Below, piece by piece: positions 21,261 to 32,548 of a DNA stretch of 35,729 nucleotides. This DNA comes from Dirinaria sp. TL-2023a (Eukaryota). The stretch spans positions 1 to 35,729 of the forward strand of contig JAVEBF010000067.1 in assembly GCA_051941275.1 (NCBI GenBank), written 5' to 3'. The translations under genes were made by a program, and so were the position numbers. Under the pieces are notes generated by a model. The model saw only the letters and a list, made by a program, of their open reading frames with translations. It had not been told where the DNA came from and did not search any database. Positions within the stretch are counted from its first letter, which is position 1. Every line of letters begins with the position of its first letter.

Positions 21261-24200
21261 CTAAGAGTAATGGAACGCATTTCGACATAGCGGGCAACTA
21301 CTCGAGTTACTGCTCTTGAACCAGCGATACAAACAGCCTCCATGGAACATATTCCTACATGTTCCACACCGTTTACTTGGCAACTGCTTCTCCGCGCTAA
21401 CCACACTGTAGCAGATACTACATTCTGTCTGCCCCTTCAGCGTGGCCGTAACATTCTTTCGCCACGCCATCAGCCCCTCGATAAGGCTTCCTCCATTACC
21501 TTCGTTGGAGAAGTTGATGACGCCCTGAGTAGTGATCAGCCAGGAGCGCCATTTCTTTTCGTCGACGCCAACGCGGTGGACGGACTCGACCGTTGCGCGT
21601 TGGAGAGGGTAAGATTGGGGAAGATGGATGGCGATGGACATTGTTTGCTCGTCGATGGGGATTGAAGCGGTGATTTGACGGGTCGAAGCGGAAACTTTGA
21701 TAGTGAGGGGTTGGTCTGCGCTGGCTTGGGATGGGCTCCACTCGCTGACGGCCGTAAGCTCGCGGCCGATTATTAAAGGTGATATCTACTCAAAAATTAG
21801 CTTGTTTGAAAGTGGCTTTGGGGGAATTAAACAATCACATACATATTTCTCGGTCCATGATTCGACGTCGATTGTAGTCTGGCGCGATGTTGAATCTCGC
21901 CACCAGGTCTTCGAGAGGTTTGGCAGGCAGATCAGAGAGAGCACATACAGATGGATAAGCAGAGCATGCGTAGTTCTTTCTGGAGATTCTCCTTCCTCGG
22001 GAGAGAAATCCATCAGATCGTATTTGGAAGCGTCTACCGGTCTAATCCTGCCTGTGATGAGAACGTCGAAAATGAAATCCAAAAGGCTCTTCAAGTAAGA
22101 TCCGTCTTTCAGCGAGACTGCATAATCTGCCTGGACGCTGTAGGATGCATTCGTCCAATGATCAAAGACTAGCTTCCAGCTTAGAAAATAGCTGCGGAGT
22201 GACACTGGCATCGTTCGTTCAAAGCTAGACTCATTTAAAGTTTCTTCATCTGGTGGCGCTAGTATCAGAGACAGTAGCTCTTCTGGTAGTCGTGCCACGT
22301 AGTCTTTCGTCAAGGCTTTGTCTAATGATTTTTGCTCCTGTTCTTTTGGAATGTGATCGTGTAGAATGCTGTATGCGGCTTGCTGTAACGCGCGAGACTC
22401 GGAAGCAATGATTGGATATAGATCTGACGCGTCTGAGACTGACTTTGAGGGTGAGCTAGCTATGTGTCTCGACAGTAGCTCGTTCGTCATTGCCCGGGGT
22501 TGATGGTTTTCATCGGAAGTGCCTGTTCCGAATCAGTAAGTGAGTGCCATGTAGCAGGTCGGAATTTCTTACCTTGAAGCTCCCTCATCAAGCGGACGAG
22601 ATTTTCGCTTATTGGCCCTTCGTTGTCTCTCCAAGACTCCTCCAGATCGTCATTCGAGCCTTGATTTACTAATTTTCGGAGCTTTGCTAGAAGCCTTAGA
22701 CTCATGTAGATGAGAGGAATATTTTCATCCGACCCCGACTCTGTGGATGACCAGATAGTGGGTAGTATTTGCAAAATATCCCCCCAGAAGGTTTCGTAGG
22801 TATCTTTGATACAGGGCAAAACAATGATCAAAGCATGAAGAGCTTCTTCACGAACAGGCACTGATGGCACATCGCTCAGTGTTTTCACCAAAGCTTTAAC
22901 AAAAAACACCAGTCGCGGTTTCGGAATATTTATCACAATTGTTTCCTCCTTGTCGGTGATCGCATTAAAATATAATAAATATTTCCATCCTAATAAAATT
23001 TAGCATATGTCCGCACTTAACCAAGTCAGCACTGTATTTACCTCTTTTGATATCCTTGAAAAAGTCGAGACCAGTTAGATCGGCTACTAGCTCATTTGCA
23101 TACTTCGTCAACTCTTTCGACGGCCCTGCCGATGTGAGTATTGCCATTGTGTGGATAGCGGAGTCTATCCTCCTTGATTCCCGAGTTCTTGACACTAGCT
23201 CCGCATTGTTGAAAAGGGCGTCGCCGTGGAGCTCCCTCAGCTGTGAACTTATAGCAGAGTACATACGCGCATTATAATAAGAGGATGTTGAGGAACCAAA
23301 GCAGCCATCCAATATTTGTTGTTTCGCAGCAATGACAATTTGGGCCTTCTCCTGGTCCCATGCTGCGCACAGGCTTTGGACTTCTGAAACGAGACCAAGA
23401 ATCTGGGTTTCTATGTCTGTTCGCTGAGTATCCCAAAGTGCATTGGGTTTTGTAATGCTCAAATGGTCATTAATAAGTGTCTGAGTAAGCTCCAGTTTAG
23501 AATATAGGAAAATTATCTCGTCTAGAGTCCAATTTTTGGTAATGTCAGTCGCCCTAATCAATCGTGTGCAGTATAATGCTAGTCGTATAGCAGAGGAGAT
23601 TCCATTAGTGTCCCAGGTTATAATTGAGCCCACATCGTCCGCAGACGCAGAAGGCGAGCTGTCAACCAATCCTACAACGCTACACAAGGGGTTCGTGACA
23701 GCAAGCGCTGGATTGGGCGCCTGGCTGAGGATTGGCAATAGTGCTGCATCCCACTGTCCTACTCTGGGTAAAAGGGAGGCCGCCACAGCTTCTTTGTGTG
23801 TCTCGTCGGTTTCTTCATAGAGCTTCTGTGCTTGGGCTACGAGAGTATCGACAGGTAAAGATGAAGCTGTAGGTCTGTCCAGACCATCAGAGACAACTTC
23901 GAGCAAGGAGCGTTTAACCTGTGCGAGTCCCTTTTCACCCGACAGAACGTCCTGTATAGTATTGCTGAGAGAATCTGCTTGACTGGCAATGTGAGCGTCT
24001 GGCGATTTAGCTAGAAGGAGAAGCCTTGAAAAGAGGTTCGAGCCTTTAGGAGTATTGGCGAAAGTGAGCAAAGCCCCCTTGTTAGTTTTGACAGAAATAT
24101 CCAATCCATGAAGACATTTCCAAGCTTGCTCATCAACGGCTAGCCCATCAAGCATTGTAGAGAGGAGGCTGTCAACAACATCGGCTGGAGTTGCAGGGTT

Positions 24201-26330
24201 GCGCATTGTTGTTTGAACAAGACTCCAATTGCTCTCATAGCCTTTGATCGCATCCTGTAGAAGCTGCGCAGTGAGTTCCTGCAAACCTTCATTGTTGCCT
24301 GTTTTATCAAGCACCGGTGAGGAAAGTATGCTTGTCAAAGCTCTCAACTTGGATGGGGAATTCTGCTCCGCTTTCAATGACTCTATACCCGCCTTATAGA
24401 TTGGAAGCACATCCATGCGACCGTGCAAATGATCCAGGATTGTAAAAATATAAGGGACGGATGGAGATGCAAGTACAGTGGGGATGTTGGCTTGCAAAAA
24501 GCCGTACAACATCGATATTAGATCAGCGCTTCCATAGACAAGTTCCGGCGTAAGTTCCAAAGCCGCTGTCAATGTTGCAGCTGCTCCGTAAGGCTTCCCA
24601 TTCCGAGTTGCAAGTAAGTCTATGGCTGCTTTGAGCTCAGAAGCAGAGGTTGCTTGGAATAGAGACTTAATAGACTGGGAATCAGTTTCCTTCATGATAG
24701 CTCCTTCAAAGCCATACCATCTTCGCGACGCATCTGCCACGGAATCCTGGGATTTCGAGTATTCTTTTGACTGCTCCGGAAGCGATGTTTTGATGTGCTC
24801 CACAATCTTAGCGGAAAGGCTTAGCCAATGCTTACACAATGCATCTTGTGCGCCATTCCAAACCAGAAGGAATGCTCTGACACAGATGCTCTGCTGAAAT
24901 TGTTGCGGTGCCGCTATCGACCACTCTGATGCGTCTTGGTTAAAGACAGCGAAGGCTAGCACTATTGGCAATGCATAACGTATAAGATACTGCTGACGGA
25001 CGTCGCCGTCCGTTTGTAGCGTTTGCACGCGCTCGAAGACTTGTAGGTATGTGCTCCAAGCCTGAGCGAGATTGGCTCGCGGCTCACTTTTGCTACGAAG
25101 ACCCACAAGAATTGCGTCAAGCAATAGTGACTCTTTTCGTGCGCCCTCTTCAACCATTATCTCCGGTTTTTGCTCACCTAGCTCACTCAGATCGGTTTGT
25201 AACATTTCCTCTGGAATGCACTGCATGAGTAGGCCGACCTGAACCCAGAAATCGGGCGGAGCGCTTTGCGAGCCCTTTCTGAGGAATTGCTGCAGTCTGT
25301 TTTCTGCAGACTTCTTGCCTGATCCTGAATAATATTTCGTCCAGACTTCTGGATAATGCCTTGTCAACAATGCAAGAGCTTTTGAGTAGTCTAAGTTTGA
25401 ACCTGTCTGGTCGATATGGAGGCTTGAAGTCAGTACTTTAGCGCTGAGCAGCTTCATGTCAATTGGGTGCTCCTTTCCAGTCAGGAGAGCAATGAGTAGT
25501 TTATACACAGCGCGGCGGACGAAAGCATCAGAATGCGAGGCTAAGTTCCAGACATCGATTTGTGACAGAAACGAGTTGAGCGACTTCTTATGGCCTGCGT
25601 CATCCTGTTGGCGATTGATCTCTAGAATTCTAGCTACGACAAGTATCGAGGCTCCAACGACTCGTGCATACTTTGCCAAAGCATCGTCAGGACTGGTTGT
25701 CCGCTCGTCACTTAGTGTATAGACCGACTCTTTTGAAATGGCTGTGTGGCAATGCTCGATGATGGCAGATTGATACAATTTCCATAGGCTGCCAATCTTC
25801 TCTTCAGAGGAAAATGCTTCCTCCAAAGCATCTTGCGCGGCACGGCTGACACTCCTATCATTATCGTACAAGCCTGCAAGCCATGGTCCAACTAGAGCTG
25901 GTAAGGACTTGGCGATACGTTTACCGAAAGAGACACATAGATGGCCTTGACAGCGGTGAGCAAGCAGGCGAACCCGACGTGCGTTGTCTATGGAGGTACG
26001 AGGGTAGAGACCCACCCAAGCCTCCAGTATTCCCTCCTCGATATGTTCCGATTTGTGGGATTGGATGTATGTTGTCAATTCTTCTAGCGCTTTAGCCTTG
26101 GTAGTGCTATCTTTCTTTTGTAAATTTTTGTATGAGACAATGACAGTGGGATCAGAGATGCCACTGAGACTCGGGGGCTCGTAGATGTAGGACAAAGCGG
26201 AAGCAGAGACAGCACCAAGCGAAGCCGGGACACCAAAACTTCCTGTGGGTTGAGATCCATCTGTCACCATAAATGCCCCAGAGACCGCTCGACTGCTCGA
26301 AGCCTGAGATTTGAATTGCTTTTTACTCAT
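21261..26330 (-). CDS. LTN1: E3 ubiquitin ligase listerin (ribosome quality control)
   Basis: N-terminal MSKKQFKSQASSSRA, KNLQKKDSTTKAKAL, LYPRTSIDNARRVR; C-terminal RING ECSICYS...CGTCRNMFHGGCLYRWFKSSNSSSCPLCR. Introns 22990-23041, 22523-22572, 21786-21842 join the four ORFs in frame. Confidence 0.96.
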
Positions 26331-27225
26331 GATCACGCTCGGGCTGGCTAGAAAAGATAATGTGAACTTGCGAAATATCTATGCAGGAAAGTGATGAGTT
26401 TGGAATGGCATATAAGGAAACCAGCATTTCTTAAACTTCAAAGGATGGGTTGTCTAAGTACTTATATATGCGCTCAAGCAATTAAGGAGGTGTTAAATCC
26501 CGCAGTGAGCCAACATAATTCGGTGACTATCATAGTCCAAAAAAAAGGTAACCGAGGAACACATCAAGCCATCAGCCACAGAGATGGGCTTCAGAATGCG
26601 CTGTTTTAAGTGCTTTCTCACGTACGCAATCGATTGTGGAATGTACCATTTTACTGGTCATGACATAGACTCGATTGTGAAGAGGCAATGAAGGTGATTC
26701 AGTGCATATGAACTGCATTTCAAAAGCAGAAGTGTAGGTATGTGGCAAACTAGTATAATTTGGTAAGGTGGCGAGGGTGGCTCAACGATTTGATGACTCC
26801 GCCGCGCTTTCGCGGGTCGCGTCCCCAAGGCTTGTTTCGCGTCGGCAAGATATTTATCTAAGGAACTGGAGTCATCGAGTCATCCTCTTTCAAGTGAGAC
26901 CACATCACTTCATTATCTTATGGACCCATAAGGTATGCATCATTCCTGTATCCAATGCTCAATACTACTTCTACGCACACACGCATATGCAGAAATGCGA
27001 CCAACTATCACGTCAGTCATGTGATATTCAAGTCAGCATTCGAGATTCGAAGAGTATTGAAGACATGCTCTTAGGACCTTCAAATCACTTCGAGCTTTAG
27101 GCAAAGTTTTCAACACGGCACGGATAGGATAGCTGCCACAGTAGTCTGCCATTTCGTCCACTTGGGAAACCTAGAATCCATCCATTCGGTGTCAGAAGGG
27201 GCTTCTAGGTCTCTAAAGAGGAAAT

Positions 27226-30211
27226 ATGAAGTTCAATATCGAGTATGGGGATCGTGTGACATTGCATCACTTCTAGCTAAACTTTTGTATTAATGGCGAT
27301 AGGGATCTGCCGGTCTTATTCCCTTATCCACGAATCTACCCAGGTCAGGATATTGAGTTCTGCACTCTGAAGTCGGCGAGACTAATTTATCATAGAGCAA
27401 TATGCGTATGTCTAGAATCTCCGAACTATGACGGCAAGACTCTACTAATGGTTTCCTGGCTTCAGATACATGTGCGACCTCAAACGTATGATAGCTGTTA
27501 CAAATTTCGTGCTACGCTGAAAACGCTGACATAAATTAGGCACTCTGGATGCTGGCGGTCATTGCGTTCTGGAGATGCCTTCGGGCACTGGAAAAACAGT
27601 CTCTTTGCTATCCCTGATCGTCGCGTATCAGCAGTACTACCCGGAGCATAGAAAACTCATTTACTGCTCTCGTGCGTTTGATGCATCTTTGCTTTAGTAG
27701 CCGGAGATCCAATCTAAGACCAGCATAGGAACAATGTCCGAGATCGAAAAAGCCCTAGCCGAGTTGAAAGCCTTGATGAAATATCGAGCGGATCAGCTAG
27801 GTTATGTAGAAGACTTCCGAGCTCTTGGTTTGACAAGTCGAAAGAATCTGTGTCTGCATCCATCTGTAAAGCGAGAAAAGAGCGGCTCCGTAGTCGACGC
27901 TCGATGCCGAAGTCTGACAGCAGGCTTTGTCAAAGAAAAGAAAGAAAGAGGCGAAGATGTCGACGTTTGCATTTATCACGATGTTCGTCATTGCATCACT
28001 TAGTGAGGGAATAGTAACTGAATGCTATAGAATTTGGATCTCCTGGAGCCCCATAACCTTGTACCGCCGGGAGTCTTCACACTTGATGGGCTGCTCAAAT
28101 ACGGCGAGCAGCATAAACAGTGTCCTTATTTTTCTGCTCGAAGAATGGTACGTCGTAGTGTAGCGTGCCCAACCTTCAGCCCCTGAATCGCATTACTGAC
28201 GAATGTAGATGCCTTTTTGCAATGTAATCATCTATTCTTACCACTATCTACTGGATCCCAAGATCGCTGAAAGAGTGTCCAAAGAGCTGTCAAAAGACTG
28301 CATTGTGGTCTTTGACGAAGCTCACAATATCGACAACGTCTGTATTGAGTCGCTGAGCATAGATCTGACCGAAGACTCGTTGCGAAAGGCGACGAGAGGT
28401 GCCACCAACCTCGAGCGAAAAATCACCGAGATGAGATCATCAGACGCTCAAAAGCTTCAAGACGAATACGCCAAATTGGTGGAGGGCCTACGAGATGCAG
28501 ATGAAGCTAGGGATGAAAACGCTTTTATGGCTAATCCTGGTATGTGCCTTTCTCATGGCTATTGCCACTTGAAAAGGGGTCGCTGAAAGAGGCAGCATTA
28601 CCGGACGATCTTCTACAAGAAGCTGTACCCGGCAACATCAGGAGGGCCGAACACTTCTGCGCGTTTTTAAAGCGGTTTGTAGAGTATCTCAAGGTGAGTT
28701 GATGAAATCATAGTCCTCTGTTTCATCGATGTTAATCGAAAATTTAGACACGAATGAAAGTCTTGCATGTCATATCCGAAACGCCACCCTCTTTTCTCCA
28801 GCACCTAAAGGAGCTTACGTTTATAGAGAAGAAGCCCTTGAGGTAAAATTAGTTAATCTTGCGGAAAGAGACTTCGTTGATATCAAGCAGATTCTGCGCC
28901 GAGCGCTTAACATCCCTAGTACGAACACTGGAACTCACGAATATAGAAGACTACCAGCCTCTGCAAGAAGTGGCGACTTTTGCTACCCTTGCCGCTACTT
29001 ACGACAAAGGCTTTCTGCTTATCCTCGAGCCTTACGAATCAGACACTGCCACTGTTCCAAACCCAATACTCCATTTTACCTGCCTGGACGCCGCCATAGC
29101 CATCAAACCTGTTTTTGACCGTTTCAGCTCAGTGATTATAACATCCGGAACAATATCGCCTTTGGAGATGTATCCCAAAATGCTCGGCTTCAATACAGTA
29201 GTGCAAGAATCTTACAGCATGACTCTGGCCCGCCGTTCTTTCCTTCCTATGATCGTTACCCGTGGTAGCGATCAATCTGCCATATCCTCTGGCTTCAAAA
29301 TCCGCAATGAGCCTGGTGTTGTCAGAAATTACGGCGCCTTACTCATGGAATTTTCGAAGATCACCCCAGACGGCATAGTCGTTTTCTTTCCATCGTATCT
29401 GTACATGGAATCGATCATCAGCATGTGGCAGGGAATGGGCATTCTTGACGAGATCTGGAAGTTCAAGTTGATACTCGTTGAGACCCCCGACTCCCAGGAA
29501 ACCTCCTTGGCCCTGGAAACCTATCGCACAGCATGCTGTAACGGCCGAGGCGCTATCCTTCTCTGTGTCGCGCGAGGCAAAGTCTCCGAAGGTATCGATT
29601 TCGACCACCACTACGGCCGCACCGTGCTCTGTGTCGGTGTGCCGTTCCAATACACCGAGTCCCGCATTCTGAAAGCGCGCCTCGAATTCCTCCGTGAGAA
29701 CTATCGAATCCGCGAGAACGATTTTCTGTCCTTCGACGCCATGCGCCATGCGGCGCAATGCTTGGGACGTGTGCTCCGAGGAAAGGATGACTACGGGATC
29801 ATGGTGCTCGGCGACCGCCGGTTCCAGAAGAAACGAAGCCAGCTCCCGAAGTGGATCAATCAGGCCATGCTGGACGCCGAAACGAACCTCAGCACCGACA
29901 TGGCCGTTACGAAAGCAAAGGACTTTTTGAGGAAGATGGCTCAGCCGTTTGGGCAGAGGGAGCAGGATGGCATCTCCACGTGGAGTATCAAGGACCTGGA
30001 GAAGCACGTCGAGAAAATGCAGGTGGAGAAAATCCGGGAGTTGCAGAATGCGCAGATGGATGCGGACCAGAAGCGCGAGAGTATCGGGCAGTTGCGAGCT
30101 GCGCAGACAGATGGAGATACGAACGGCGCCGTCAACGGGCATCAGAATGGGATCTATGAATTTGAAGACGACGACGAAATGGACGCCGTAATGCGGGACA
30201 TGGACGCCTAA
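27226..30211 (+). CDS. RAD3: TFIIH/NER 5'-3' Fe-S DNA helicase XPD (Rad3/Rad15)
   Basis: [33 protein letters not shown]...[65 protein letters not shown]. Ten introns: 27243-27302, 27344-27395, 27406-27465, 27486-27539, 27672-27728, 27983-28030, 28148-28208, 28540-28595, 28694-28747, 28843-28890. Confidence 0.97.
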
Positions 30212-30510
30212 ATCCTCGAAGCGACTGGTTTTTGCAATCAGTTCACGGCTTTGAAATTCTATTTAGTGTGTCCAGCTATCAAAGCTCAGGAAGGAATGAT
30301 GACTTGACGTTGAACAGCGCTAAAAAGTTTTTCAAGTCATGGAGCTTAGAATAGCCCCCTTCCGTTCTGATCTAGATTATATGATTGATAGACTCTGACA
30401 TCTTTCCTTCGCGCACAAGACGCTTTCTTTCCCGGCCCGATCCCATCGACATACCGTTCTGTCATTTTTTATCGTGGAGCTAACTAAACCAAAACCATGC
30501 TTTATGCTTT

Positions 30511-32151
30511 TCAGGAGCCCTTTACCCCCTTTTCTTCCTTATTTTTCCTCTGCTCGGCTTTTCGCCGTCCCTGCCTATTCTTTTCCCATTTTCCCCGCAG
30601 ATACCTCCATGACCTAGCGATGCCTGACGTCACAAAGCCCTTCAAAGCTTGGGTAGCACTGGGCCATTTGATGGTTTTTGTCAATGCGGCGCTAACCTCC
30701 TTCATCAAAGCTTGCTGATCATCACCTGCAATTCTTTGCTCGAATTTCCCCCCTTGCTGGCGCTTGACTCTGGTAGGATCGGTATCATCTTGTTCCTCCA
30801 TCATCTTGTCGAACTCCACTTGTGGTATCTGGAACTTGGATTGATACTGGAAGTAGAGCTTGGCTCGAAACGATTTGGGAAGACGGCGAACCATGTTGCC
30901 TCTCATTCTCGGGTCCATATCCTGTTCAAGCTTTGTGTCTGTGCTTGGATCGTCGATCCAGTCAGCCAATTGGTGGCGCGGATCTTCGAATGAAACATTA
31001 GGCAGGTTCTGGATGAGAGGGGCGTAGAGTCGGCGAAAATTGGGAAGTTGGTGCTTGACAATGTTGGCTACTTTGTCTTGATTCTCCGCGCCCACTGACA
31101 TGCGAGGATCGCCTAGGTACGACATGCCTGCGATTGTACTATAGAGTTGCTGTTCTGAAAACTTGGGCGGAAGAAGCAGGAGTGCTGTCCGCAGGGCGGA
31201 AATGAGGTTGATCTGATTTGCTAGACGAACACGAGGGTCATCTCTGAGGATTTTGACAGGCTTTTGTAGTCTTCCGGCTAAATAAAGGGTGTCCCATTCA
31301 GACAAGTCGCGACATAAGGTGTCGAGGTTCACTACACCGTATTTGATGAGGGTACCGTTGACGGTCACGTAGGGGTTAAAGTACACGCCAGCTCCCCATT
31401 GATCTTGTATGCGAGACACTAGGTACGAACGGAGATAGCCGGCGGCAGAGTAATGATCGCGGTGCTGATGCAAATTCAAAGAATGCCAATGCTGGGTGTA
31501 TGAAACTCCGAAAATGAAATCAATCATTTTACCCTGGCCTTTCTGTACAGTAGAAATGGCGGGGCTCGGATGTGGATGCAGCGCAGATGCGCTCGCCGGG
31601 CCCGTATCCGACTGTGGAAAGACTCCGGAGCCATAGGCGAATGCGTAACGAATAGGGGCACGGAATTGCCAAAGAATCTGCCGCAGAGCCTCCTTAAATT
31701 CTTGATTGATCAGCATATGCTGATTGACACCAAAATTCGAGGATGGCAATTGCGAGAAGGCCGAGATGCTCAGATCGGGATTCTCATCCCAGTCGGGAGG
31801 CAGTGTCGATGGCCGCTCTGTAGGCTTTTGGGATGGATTGGTGTTCGTTCGAGACTTTTGTGGAGAGGCAAAGGATCCATTGCGAGATGATGTGGAAGAT
31901 ATGATGTCGTCGTTAGAAGTATCATCGTTTCGCTCTGAAGTGCTGCCTGAGCTTGTGGAAGCCAGTCGCTGTTGAAGGCCACTGGCTCGGGGTAATCTGC
32001 AATGCCATCCTATCCTGAGCAGCAGGAGGTTTCGATCGCACGACTTCGACAGTAAACCAAATGACTATTAATGGAGTCAGCGACAATGCACCGAGGAATA
32101 CCGGCGCGAGAGAAGATTGGAGGACCTCACAGGCGTCAGCGGTCTTTGCAT
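30511..32151 (-). CDS. TAM41: Mitochondrial phosphatidate cytidylyltransferase (Tam41/Mmp37)
   Basis: APIRYAFAYGSGVF, MIDFIFGV, GVYFNPYV, LIKYGVV, TLYLAGRLQKPV, SYLGDPRM. The start is inferred at ATG 32151 via intron 32065-32130 and is less certain than the gene identity. Confidence 0.93.
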
Positions 32152-32480
32152 TATAAGTAATTGTATAGCCACGGTGCTGCTACCGTTGTTGAGTTCGTCC
32201 ACCAGCGTTGATAATATGACACAGACAAGCCATAGAGAAGTGATGTCGGTCAGATCGACATCACCTATGGAGGCTCTGACAATCGTCAGGCTGGTGCATC
32301 AACTCCTCGAGTCAGGTACTACATGTGTGCTGACGTTGGGTGGGCTGTGTAATTTATCATACACTAGTGTAACGTAATTAATTCATGCTTGGCTAACGAT
32401 ACTTTGCCAAAGTAAACAATGCAAGTCAACAGTAGGTACGAACGGCGTTGTCGAGTTCCCACAGCTTTCAATTATACCAC

Positions 32481-32501
32481 TACGCGTTGCATTACGCGTT
32501 G
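32481..32501. promoter_or_regulatory. Two MCB elements (ACGCGT) upstream of BIR1
   Basis: Direct repeat TACGCGTTG at 32481-32489 and 32493-32501, about 50-65 bp before the BIR1 ATG. Confidence 0.6.
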
Positions 32502-32548
32502 AAGACTTCATCGACCTTCTGCAGCTCAATCTTATCATTGAAGGCAGC

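Noticed and set aside
8892..26330. UTP25, eIF3f, EFM6 and LTN1 as a translation-related gene cluster
   Set aside because: Unrelated genes are interspersed and such housekeeping genes are common. There is no evidence of clustering without a synteny analysis.
26391..26397. GTGATGA box C-like motif upstream of LTN1
   Set aside because: No CTGA box D at a suitable distance and no terminal stem.
29339..30142. 267-aa antisense ORF within the RAD3 last exon
   Set aside because: Explained by high third-position GC in this part of RAD3, which removes antisense stops. No recognisable domain.
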